64,000 nt of DNA from a virus: IMG/VR virus record IMGVR_UViG_3300045988_180190. The stretch is one strand, 5' to 3'. Made by a program: the position numbers and the translations under genes. The notes under the pieces are model-generated. The model was given only the letters and a program-made list of their open reading frames with translations. It was not told where the DNA came from and did no database searches. This document shows, in pieces, positions 1 through 8,961 of this stretch; the first letter of the stretch is position 1, and the number at the start of each line of letters is the position of its first letter.

Positions 1-1603
1 TGGAAAGGTGTGAATCTAAAACTTTATTTTCTATTTCGTTAATAGCTCCTACAATAGTTTTGTCAGTAGTTTCAAGAGTATTATCCGTAATGTTTTGCTT
101 TAGGATTAACTGATTATTAACTGCTGCAGCTGTGGGAAATTGGGCATCTGTAGCCGAAGTGGATAGGTCTTTTGTAACGCCGGTGCCGGCTAATCCACGA
201 CCTGTGTTTAGAGTTAGGAGCACGCCATCCCGGGCATTTCCAATGGTAACGTTATTATTACTTCCACAATTTTTTGTACCGATATTTATATTTCGTGTAT
301 TTGAGCTACCTCCAATATTAATGGTTTGAATTCCATTACTAGTTTCGAATCCTAAGTTTAAAGTTGTTTGATAATCAGAACTTTTCAATATGGAAACCTG
401 CGCATTATTACTGCTGGGCTCTGTAGAAGAGTCTGACTCACTATAATATTTTAATGTGTTTTGTTTATCTGCTGATAATTCATTGATAGCACCCACTACA
501 GTTTTAGCAGTCGTGGCAAGTGTATCATCTGACTTGGTTTGATATCCACTAAGGTCTACCGATCCACCAAGTGCGTCCCAAGCGCTTCCAGTCCACGCAT
601 AGTTTGTACCTGCGGGGTATGTTTGATATGCTTGCGCAACATTCCATGTGTCGCCTACCGCAGCTTCTTCTGGGAGTTGATCATAGGTATCAACACTGCC
701 TTTGTAAGTTAGTGCTGATCCTAAGTCAGTTTTTATTTGGTTAACCGCAACACGCACGGCGCTTGCAGTAGGTAATGCATTTTCCCCACCACTTTGCAAG
801 TTTATGCTATCAACAATTGCAGTAACGTTAGGTGTAGAGTTATTTATTTTGAATCCACCAGGAGCTGTAATATCGACGCGTCCCGTTGTTACAGTGAGTC
901 CCTGGGTCACTGTGTCCTCGCGGAAAACACCAAGCTTCACTGCTGCTGAGGTACCCGAGGAATCACGCCCCATTTCTAAACCAGTAATACCGGCTTTGAT
1001 GGATATATTGTTATTTGGCTGCTCTGCTGTCTCAATTGTTACAGTATTATCTCCTTCAGAATAATACTTAAGAGTATTTTGCTTTGCTGCTAAGCTGTCA
1101 GCAACAGCTTTTTCTGAAGCAACCTTGGTGTTAACCGCGCCTGCGCTTGGAATTGTTGTGGATATGTCAGTCTTTAATACTACGTCAGCAGTATTTGCTT
1201 TTGTAGCTAATTCGCCATCAATAGAAGTTTCTAAACCGGAAATAGCACTAACCAAGGTATCTTCTACTAATTTAGATGTCGGAACATGCGTATCGTCATC
1301 TGTAAGTTTAATGGTGTCGATACCTTCTATAGTAACATCGTCTACAGTAATATCCGCTACTGTAATGGTTCCTGTATTAAAGGTCTTAGCTCCGGTAATT
1401 GTTTGAACGCCATTGGTTGTTAAGAAACTACTGGTATCGACATTATTTATAGCTTCCCATATTCCGGTACTATTATAGTATCTTAATACAGGAGTCGTTT
1501 CAGAAATATCTAACCATAAATATCTTAATTGTTCCAAAGATGTTGGAGCAGTGGGAGAAACAATTACAGGTCGTTTATCGTAAGTGATAATAGGAGTACT
1601 CAT
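1..1603 (-). CDS. tail fibre protein, N-terminal part (ORF runs off the left edge of the window)
   Basis: ATG at 1603 (MSTPIITYDKRPVIVSPTAPTS...). I translated both ends by hand and they are in the same frame, down to position 2 (...KTIVGAINEIENKVLDSHLS). Absent from the ORF track because no stop lies in the window. Shares the YPAGTNYAW-G--WDALGGSVDLS-YQTK and AKTVVGAINEL modules with the 1712..3865 fibre. Confidence 0.75.
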   Translation of the reverse strand, partial: MSTPIITYDKRPVIVSPTAPTSLEQLRYLWLDISETTPVLRYYNSTGIWEAINNVDTSSFLTTNGVQTITGAKTFNTGTITVADITVDDVTIEGIDTIKLTDDDTHVPTSKLVEDTLVSAISGLETSIDGELATKANTADVVLKTDISTTIPSAGAVNTKVASEKAVADSLAAKQNTLKYYSEGDNTVTIETAEQPNNNISIKAGITGLEMGRDSSGTSAAVKLGVFREDTVTQGLTVTTGRVDITAPGGFKINNSTPNVTAIVDSINLQSGGENALPTASAVRVAVNQIKTDLGSALTYKGSVDTYDQLPEEAAVGDTWNVAQAYQTYPAGTNYAWTGSAWDALGGSVDLSGYQTKSDDTLATTAKTVVGAINELSADKQNTLKYYSESDSSTEPSSNNAQVSILKSSDYQTTLNLGFETSNGIQTINIGGSSNTRNINIGTKNCGSNNNVTIGNARDGVLLTLNTGRGLAGTGVTKDLSTSATDAQFPTAAAVNNQLILKQNITDNTLETTDKTIVGAINEIENKVLDSHLS

Positions 1604-1654
1604 TTAGTTTTAATGGAATTTATTTTTAGCTTGTCATAGTCATAATCAGAATGC

Positions 1655-1690
1655 AACAAAAAAACTCCGAGAGAAATCTCTCGGAGTTGT
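1655..1690 (-). terminator. rho-independent terminator after the 1712..3865 fibre gene
   Basis: Perfect 9-bp stem ctccgagag/ctctcggag (1665-1673 / 1678-1686), followed on the minus strand by tttttttgttg. Confidence 0.7.
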
Positions 1691-1711
1691 AAGAAATAAT
1701 ATGATTTACGT

Positions 1712-3865
1712 TTAAAGCATTGAAACTGCAATATTAGCGCTGCTAACAGCAACACCTAAATCATAGTTTACAGTGTCACCGCTCATCGAAGTGATTGAAG
1801 CACCTGTTCCAAATATTACTTCGCGATACCAAACGTTATTAGTTGCATCATATTCAAAGACCGTACGGGACTTGGCGCCACCCTCTGACGCTATTGAGTC
1901 AAATACGACTTTATATCCAGCCAAGCTACTAACATTTGATGGTATGGTAATCGACCCTGTTTTACTCGTCGATTTAAAAGCAGTTTCACGATTTAATATG
2001 CCACCATTTGTGTTAATTGTATCTAACGTTGAGGTGGTTAGCTGTACGCTTATATTAGCATTAGCTACTGTTACAGCACTCGGAGGAGTACCAGCTTGTG
2101 TAGTAGCACCTAATTTTAGAGACCCACCACTAGCTGTACTTTCTTCATAATACGTAAGCGCATCTTGCTTTGCAGCTAAACCGTCATATACAGCTTTCGC
2201 TGATGGCAGTTGCTGATCGGTTGAAGAAGCGCTTAGCGTGGTCTGAATGGCAGAACCCGTTACTGATCCATTAACAGTTAACTGGTTAGCTACTGTAAAC
2301 GTTTGTCCGGTAAACGTGGGGGCTGAAAACGATCCAGCTCCAACTTCGCCAGTAAAGTAAGTCTCTCCAGACGAAACTGAGCCTATATTCTGCGTCTTAT
2401 TTTGCAATGCAGATATATCAGTATCAAGTTCAGTCAAAGCACCTTCAACAGTGTCAGCAGTTATACCATCTATAGAAATGCTGCTGTCTTGTTTTCCAGA
2501 ATTGCTGGTATTGATTTCATTAATGGCACCTACAATTGTCTTGTCCGTGGTATCCAGATTGTCATCATAGGTATTGGTTGTAACACCCGCAATGACAGCT
2601 GCACTTACATCACTGGCTGACTGATAACCTAAAACGCCTTTCCACGTAGCAGGTACGATATTGGACGCATCAACTTTAGCAGCACCATCGGCAGTAGTTT
2701 TAACTGCGGTAAGAGCTGTATCTAAGGAAGTTAAAGCATCAGGGATTGTAGTTTCTGTCTCACCTTGAATGTTAACCGATATTGTAGCATCTTGCTTGCC
2801 TGCAAGTGAAGTTTGCAAGGTTCCAATTGCCGCAGTATTATCAGCAACGTCTTTTACGAGACCGGATTCTGCATTACCGACAGTGGTTTGCAGTGTCCCT
2901 ATGTTTGTGGTGTTAGTTGCAACTTCACCGTCTAATTCGTTAATAGCGCCGACAACCGTTTTAGCGGCAGTAGTTAGCGAATTGTCATTTTTCGTTTGAT
3001 AAGCGCTTAAATCAACCGAACCTCCAAGAGCATCCCATTTGGTTCCATCCCAAGCATAGTTTGTACCTGCGGGATAATTGCCATAAGCTGCCTCGACGTT
3101 ATAAACGTCACCAACCTCTGCATCATCCGGAAGAGCATCATAAGTCGCAACGCTTCCTTTGTAGGTATAAACCCCTGAAATGCTGGACTTAACTTCGTTG
3201 ATAGCAGTTACAACCGCATTGGTGCTGGGTATGCGTCCCGTATTTCCCGTTGAAGATGGAAGTGTTTCATCAATGACGGAACCGGTAATACCGTTAGTAG
3301 TATCTAAGGTGACTGTTGCAGCACCTGTGCCATTCCCAATCGTCAGCGTAGTAAGTCTGGCGCTGGAACCTGTTTCAATGAAGTTTCCTATAGCATCCGC
3401 AACAGCTTTTTCAGACGCAACCTTTGTATCAACTGCGCCTTCCTCCGGAATGACTGTGGAAATGTCAGTCTTTAAAACTACATTGTCTGCAGTTGGAATA
3501 TTTTCCAGTTCAGACTGAATACTATCTATATCGCTTTCAATAGCATTAATGCGGGTGTCGGTTTGTGAAATGCGTACCCAGTTTGCACCAGAATTTGCAG
3601 TAGCATCTTTATTAGCATCATTAGCACCACTATTTTGCAGAACATATAAGCCATTGTTCTCTGGAGTGTCATTACCGACATATACCAGCATGCCATAGTA
3701 GCAGAACATTTTGCCCGCATTTGCTCCTGCAGCAGATGGGGCTTGCCAAGTGGAAGCTGTATATAGATCCGCCTTGGTGTCCACCAGCATCTTTGCATCT
3801 ACTGGCGCTCCTGAGGTTAATTCGATGGGTGCACCCGTTACATTTGTACCTTTAACTCTCGACAT
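1712..3865 (-). CDS. tail fibre protein
   Basis: 717 aa, Ser/Thr/Ala/Gly-rich. Contains YKGSVATYDALPDDAEVGDVYNVEAAYGNYPAGTNYAWDGTKWDALGGSVDLSAYQTK plus two KT[IV]VGAINE[LI] motifs. SD-like aagaggaa upstream. Confidence 0.75.
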   Translation of the reverse strand: MSRVKGTNVTGAPIELTSGAPVDAKMLVDTKADLYTASTWQAPSAAGANAGKMFCYYGMLVYVGNDTPENNGLYVLQNSGANDANKDATANSGANWVRISQTDTRINAIESDIDSIQSELENIPTADNVVLKTDISTVIPEEGAVDTKVASEKAVADAIGNFIETGSSARLTTLTIGNGTGAATVTLDTTNGITGSVIDETLPSSTGNTGRIPSTNAVVTAINEVKSSISGVYTYKGSVATYDALPDDAEVGDVYNVEAAYGNYPAGTNYAWDGTKWDALGGSVDLSAYQTKNDNSLTTAAKTVVGAINELDGEVATNTTNIGTLQTTVGNAESGLVKDVADNTAAIGTLQTSLAGKQDATISVNIQGETETTIPDALTSLDTALTAVKTTADGAAKVDASNIVPATWKGVLGYQSASDVSAAVIAGVTTNTYDDNLDTTDKTIVGAINEINTSNSGKQDSSISIDGITADTVEGALTELDTDISALQNKTQNIGSVSSGETYFTGEVGAGSFSAPTFTGQTFTVANQLTVNGSVTGSAIQTTLSASSTDQQLPSAKAVYDGLAAKQDALTYYEESTASGGSLKLGATTQAGTPPSAVTVANANISVQLTTSTLDTINTNGGILNRETAFKSTSKTGSITIPSNVSSLAGYKVVFDSIASEGGAKSRTVFEYDATNNVWYREVIFGTGASITSMSGDTVNYDLGVAVSSANIAVSML

Positions 3866-3884
3866 ATAAAATTCCTCTTAACGA

Positions 3885-5180
3885 TTAATTAAATTGAACT
3901 CTTAATTGTGATACACCTTGCAGAGCTCCGTTAAACGTATATTTTTTATACGCAACTTGCGTAGCTGTGCTATTAACATCTTTATTAATGTCCGAAGTCG
4001 TCCACTGTAAAAGCGACTCGGCTTTACCGCCGCCCATATAGTTCCAATTGCTAGCGCCAACGTCTGCAACTTGGAAACCAGTGATAGCATTCCATGTAGC
4101 GGGCACTTCCACGCTCCATTTTTCTGTAGCGGTTTCACCAGCCATAGTGTAAGTTAGCGTGGAATTATTTGAAGCTAATGATTGCTTTGTCATTGTTGAT
4201 ATATCGCCGTTTTGCGTATTGGCATAAACCGGATATACGCCATTTATAGTGAGCGATTTAGCTCCAATGGAACCCGATGCTAACGGTGTTTGATAATTGT
4301 TACCCTTATTGGATTTCGGCTGAACACCGGCGTCATAAGACACATTCATCGTCCAACTTTGTGCACCGGCAAGCACCGTATAAGATTCTACAGTTTGCGT
4401 ATCGGTAAGGTTAGTAGACGAAACCGCTTCCCCTGGCAACCCTGTGCCTGTATAAGTGTACGAGTTCGGCAGACCAGAACGATACTGCGAGTCAGACTGA
4501 TATTGCGGGTTAATCGAACCGCGATTAAATTTTGCCGTAAAAGTTAAGGGCGCAATGGTGCTGCCAATTTCTTTTAATACATTATTTGATCCGGTGTTAA
4601 ATGTAAAGCTAGACGATGGATTGGTAAGCGTTGGGAATAATTCTTTTACTAAAAGCAGTTCCCAAAGTTCTTGGTTGGTCATATCCGTTACGGACGTACC
4701 TGCGTTAATACCACCTACCGTAATCGATGCCGCTGCGCTTAGGGTAATCTTTTCCTGCGTGGAGACCCAAGCCGAACCACTGTAGTAATAGAGGATATTG
4801 GTATCTGTGGTGATGGCAATATTGCCTGCTTCTGCGTCTTCCGGAAGATTTTCTTCAGAAGCTACTAGCGTGATACTACCGCCTCCGCCTCCGCCTATTT
4901 CTATCCAGGATGATCCAGTATAAGCATAAAGGATGACATCGCCGCTGCTGTTAACGACACCTAAGCTACCGGTTGAAGCTGTGGTAGGAAGGGATTCAAA
5001 CGAAGTAGCGTAAAATACATTAGCTACTATCGGTTGCATCGCCGATCCATTCCAGCGCGCTAAAACATTCGTAGCAGGGTCAAGGTATAATCTATCCGTT
5101 GTTTTTAGTGCTTCGGGCAAAGAAGCAAAAGAGTAGATAAACACCGGAGTTTTACTAATTGATATAGAACCAGTTGCCAT
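3885..5180 (-). CDS. tail fibre / receptor-binding-like protein
   Basis: 431 aa. Three N-terminal ~35-aa repeats of the fibre LP...G...Y.Y.G..W motif (SFASLPEAL..RWNGSAMQPI / SFESLPTTA..YAYTGSSWIEI / SEENLPEDAEAGN..YYYSGSAWVST). G6 linker. Lies between fibre genes. Confidence 0.5.
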   Translation of the reverse strand: MATGSISISKTPVFIYSFASLPEALKTTDRLYLDPATNVLARWNGSAMQPIVANVFYATSFESLPTTASTGSLGVVNSSGDVILYAYTGSSWIEIGGGGGGSITLVASEENLPEDAEAGNIAITTDTNILYYYSGSAWVSTQEKITLSAAASITVGGINAGTSVTDMTNQELWELLLVKELFPTLTNPSSSFTFNTGSNNVLKEIGSTIAPLTFTAKFNRGSINPQYQSDSQYRSGLPNSYTYTGTGLPGEAVSSTNLTDTQTVESYTVLAGAQSWTMNVSYDAGVQPKSNKGNNYQTPLASGSIGAKSLTINGVYPVYANTQNGDISTMTKQSLASNNSTLTYTMAGETATEKWSVEVPATWNAITGFQVADVGASNWNYMGGGKAESLLQWTTSDINKDVNSTATQVAYKKYTFNGALQGVSQLRVQFN

Positions 5181-5254
5181 AATGTTATAATGTTATTATA
5201 TTGAAAAGTTTTTATTTTAAAGATACATATTTTCCGATAAAACAAAAGCAAAAA

Positions 5255-6076
5255 TTATCCATTAGAGGCAAATTTCTGCAAATATGTTGTAGATAGCAAC
5301 GTATAATTTCTATCATCCTCATTTACAACCTGCAATTGCACGGATTGATCGGAAGATAATAAATTAAACGTAATATGCGTAGCTTCACCATAAGACAGTA
5401 ATCTTTCGATAACTTTTTCGGATACAATATGGTTATCTCCTAATAAACCTATATTAAATGTATATGAATATTTATTTAATATATTTATATTATCTGTAAC
5501 CAATAATGTAACCGTAATATCCGTTAAAGTGCCTGCTTCAAAGAAAATTTCTGAGGAGTTGGACATTAAGGGTAACACGACTTCTCCATTTGCGGATACG
5601 TTTGTTTTGCCTTCAAAAATTGAAATTTTTGCCGATTGATTATCTAATAAAGCCTTTAGTTCATTAATTGCGCCGACAATTGTTTTAGCCTCAGTCTCCA
5701 AACTATCGTCAGTAATATTTTGCTTTAAATCTAAAGCTTCCTGCGTCGCCGTTGAAATCGGTTTATCAATATCGGCAGTATTGTCTACATTAGATAAATC
5801 AATAAAGTTTTTATCTACAGTTACATCGCCTTTATGGTTGTCACCTTTATAATCAATTATAGAAGTAACGACATCCGTGGTAGGAACTAAAGCAGCAATC
5901 TTTTCTATATAATCGCGAAAAGGCAAGTCCTCAGGCACATCTTGACCTTTGGAAATTAACATTTTACGCATTAAATCTTTAGTCTGCATCAGGTATGCAA
6001 ACTTTTCAGACACGCTTCCGCATTTTGTTACTAAAGACTTTGCTTTACAATTTGTTGGAGTTAAACATTCGGACAT
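5255..6076 (-). CDS. tail fibre-associated protein
   Basis: 273 aa. Contains SLETEAKTIVGAINELKALL, the same motif as the fibres. 1-nt overlap with the upstream ORF. Confidence 0.45.
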   Translation of the reverse strand: MSECLTPTNCKAKSLVTKCGSVSEKFAYLMQTKDLMRKMLISKGQDVPEDLPFRDYIEKIAALVPTTDVVTSIIDYKGDNHKGDVTVDKNFIDLSNVDNTADIDKPISTATQEALDLKQNITDDSLETEAKTIVGAINELKALLDNQSAKISIFEGKTNVSANGEVVLPLMSNSSEIFFEAGTLTDITVTLLVTDNINILNKYSYTFNIGLLGDNHIVSEKVIERLLSYGEATHITFNLLSSDQSVQLQVVNEDDRNYTLLSTTYLQKFASNG

Positions 6077-6780
6077 TAAGGATTGGTCTCCTGATCGTTA
6101 GGTTGCTCACCATTTATTTTATCCAATTCTTGGCTTACTTTACAATATCCTAAAGCCATCAACTGTTTAGAAATATCTGTACTGCTACATCCACATGATT
6201 TATTTGATCCACAACCATTTCCCTTTGCTATAAGATTCCCACCTTGAAATGCTGTTGATAGGTATTTATTATTTATACAATATCCTTGGATAGGATTGGA
6301 TTTAACGGTTAGGGTAAATACACGAATTTGCTCATAACCATCCGTAGTATCGTCTTCTTCATTAGCATCTTCTATGACCTTCTTAAATACCCTTACAACA
6401 TACGTACCTCTTGCCAACATTAATTGGTGGTGTTTTATTCTTAAATATAAATTTTCGTAGGCATCGTTATTGTCATCGGTTTCGTAGTAGATAATTACTT
6501 CTGTAGGATCTATGGAATCATCATCCATAGAAGCTGCCGCAGAAGTTTTATCTAGCACCACACATTTATTTCGGGCATCCTCTTTAGAAATAAATACCTT
6601 AAATCTCAAAGCATCAAAATCAGTCGTCGCAGCGTCATATGGTCCATCAATAAATATATTTAAATCCCCATTAGGGTCAGTATACTCTTTGTCATCGGAA
6701 TTTTTTGTGGATTCTCCGTTTTCCGATGGATCCATAATTCCGGGCAAAGCGGTAACATAGCAAATTTCTTTGTTGCTCAT
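6076..6780 (-). CDS. hypothetical protein (acidic, C-terminal Cys cluster)
   Basis: 234-aa ORF packed in the operon. C-terminal GNGCGSNKSCGCSS. Confidence 0.6.
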   Translation of the reverse strand: MSNKEICYVTALPGIMDPSENGESTKNSDDKEYTDPNGDLNIFIDGPYDAATTDFDALRFKVFISKEDARNKCVVLDKTSAAASMDDDSIDPTEVIIYYETDDNNDAYENLYLRIKHHQLMLARGTYVVRVFKKVIEDANEEDDTTDGYEQIRVFTLTVKSNPIQGYCINNKYLSTAFQGGNLIAKGNGCGSNKSCGCSSTDISKQLMALGYCKVSQELDKINGEQPNDQETNP

Positions 6781-6782
6781 AC

Positions 6783-7232
6783 TTATGAAATAGTTACTGT
6801 TTCGGAGGGTTGTACTTCATCCATTAATTTTAGATTATCTACAAGTAATTGTGCATCAGATTTAATTATTTGCCAACCTCTTTCTGCTAAATCCGGGGTT
6901 TCAAAAAATAATTCTATCTGATTTGTGCGGTAAAATGGGGATATTAACCCTTGAATGTCAGCCTCATTCATTTGGTCAATAGTTTCAATTGTAGGTAAAT
7001 CTGTAATATCTTGAACCGAAGCAATACGGTTAAACATATCTCCCTGATTAGGGTCTAGTCCGGTACCTGTAAGCTGCATTACAAAAATGTACCCTCCATC
7101 TAGCAATCCTGTGCCAGAGGCATTTACTTTTACTGGAAATCCGCTGATATTAGCTAACCAAGATAAATCTGTCTTGTTTGTGTCAAATTTAGTTAAAGTT
7201 ATGCTTGTGTTATCTGAACTTGCACTGCTCAT
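6783..7232 (-). CDS. hypothetical structural protein
   Basis: The ORF-track start at 7274 overlaps the upstream gene. The ATG at 7232 (MSSASSDNT...) lies just after the upstream stop at 7238. Confidence 0.6.
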   Translation of the reverse strand: MSSASSDNTSITLTKFDTNKTDLSWLANISGFPVKVNASGTGLLDGGYIFVMQLTGTGLDPNQGDMFNRIASVQDITDLPTIETIDQMNEADIQGLISPFYRTNQIELFFETPDLAERGWQIIKSDAQLLVDNLKLMDEVQPSETVTIS

Positions 7233-7237
7233 AATGA

Positions 7238-8959
7238 TTAACTTTCTGGTGTATAAAATTGGGGATCCACCCACTGGTAATTTCCTTTATTAATTTTAAA
7301 AATCGGAAGCATACTAATTGGGCAAATCGAAATTGCTGCCTGCTGTATTGCATTTAAAATTTTTGAGATATTATCATATAACGTACTTAAAACCTCAACA
7401 TTAATTTCTATAATTACTGCATTTGGAATGATATATTTAAAAAACCAATCGATTTGAGGCAAATTTTCATAATCATTCATTATATATTGTAATTTAGAAT
7501 CGCTCCAATCAACGCCATTCCTAAAACTTATCCCGTAACTCGCATACCCTTGACCTCCGTCCCGAGCGCCAGGCAATAAAAAAGCTTTATATCTTTCACC
7601 TACGGTGGTAAGTTGATAACCCTTCTCAGGTGTAATATAGGCGGTAGCATTTTGCTGGACCACAGAGTGCCAATAACCATTATTCTTCCATACGATGTCC
7701 CAAGAGGAGCTTATGCTTTTAAATGGCAATCCTCTAGACCTGCTTGAGTCCCCCATATTAGGTGTTGTCCAGCAGGCACCAGGAACATTTGCCTCAGTAC
7801 GACTTGGGTCCCACCAAGCTTCCTTCCCATTATTATAATACACATTAATTGGATTTACTAGGTAGTCCCCTGGGTATAGTGTTGTGGATTGGGTTAGGTT
7901 TGTTTTCCCTTTTGTTATAATGGTAAATTGTTTTATTTTATTGGATGTGTCACCTTGATATGAAGGTTGTGCAACATTAGTTAATTTATAGGCATAAAAT
8001 CCATTTCCCAGTTCATTTACTCCTTCAATATTTTCTTTCGTAATGTCGCACTGGACACTCACAGCAGTTCCGCCAAACATAGCATTTAGCGTCTTTCCAA
8101 AATTTTCAACACTCTGATCAGATCCCTTAACGTAATTACTTGCCTGCTGTGCTTCAATACCTACTGGTATATTATTTAATCCAAGTATAGCATTATAAAT
8201 AGACTTACGCTTTTTATTCTGACCCCTGACTTTTGCATTAAAAATAAATGATCCGGTTATACCGTCATATTGAAAATGTGTAACAAAAAAATTCCATAAT
8301 GAGTCAATACGCGCTGACTCGTCTAGAGATTCATCAGTAAAATGACTCAAGTTTAGCCCCATGGAGAAAGGCAATAAGAACCCAACATACTTCTCAGATT
8401 GTCTGAAGTGTACTCCAGAGGTAAATTGCTTTATGTCGGAACTACTTTGGTTAAGAGAATTCCAAGTCTGAATAGTAAATATCTCAAGGTCCTTTAGGTC
8501 TGAATCCTCTGTTGAGGTATCAAAAGGTAATAGTAATAGGATAGATTGTGATGAGACAAACTGGTCTGGTTTACCTAGATATTTCTTTAAAGAATCTCTT
8601 GTAAAGGAAGTAAAGGTAGAAGTATCTAGATTAATTGCTGTATTTAAATCCAAAGAATCGGTAGAATCGGTGGAATCGGTATTTTCGCAAATAAGCAATT
8701 TAGCATCTTCCAGTAAAAATGTATGTTCCCTATTTGTAATATATAAGTTGTTATCTTTATTATAAATGTTATCCCATATATTGTTTAAGCTAGTAAACAC
8801 GGAGGACAAGATGGGCATTTTAGACATAGCTTTTGCCGCCTGCCTTGTTTTACCTTTAAGTAATTGATACCAGAATGAACCACATTCCGCAAAGTTCGTA
8901 TCGGAATTAACCGCTAAATTTCTTGCAAAATATGATTGTAAAGTGTTGTCTTTTTCCAT
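7238..8959 (-). CDS. hypothetical tail/baseplate protein (by position only)
   Basis: 573-aa ORF. Contains TDSTDSTDS, encoded by a 9-nt x3 tandem repeat. Confidence 0.6.
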   Translation of the reverse strand: MEKDNTLQSYFARNLAVNSDTNFAECGSFWYQLLKGKTRQAAKAMSKMPILSSVFTSLNNIWDNIYNKDNNLYITNREHTFLLEDAKLLICENTDSTDSTDSLDLNTAINLDTSTFTSFTRDSLKKYLGKPDQFVSSQSILLLLPFDTSTEDSDLKDLEIFTIQTWNSLNQSSSDIKQFTSGVHFRQSEKYVGFLLPFSMGLNLSHFTDESLDESARIDSLWNFFVTHFQYDGITGSFIFNAKVRGQNKKRKSIYNAILGLNNIPVGIEAQQASNYVKGSDQSVENFGKTLNAMFGGTAVSVQCDITKENIEGVNELGNGFYAYKLTNVAQPSYQGDTSNKIKQFTIITKGKTNLTQSTTLYPGDYLVNPINVYYNNGKEAWWDPSRTEANVPGACWTTPNMGDSSRSRGLPFKSISSSWDIVWKNNGYWHSVVQQNATAYITPEKGYQLTTVGERYKAFLLPGARDGGQGYASYGISFRNGVDWSDSKLQYIMNDYENLPQIDWFFKYIIPNAVIIEINVEVLSTLYDNISKILNAIQQAAISICPISMLPIFKINKGNYQWVDPQFYTPES

Positions 8960-8961
8960 TG

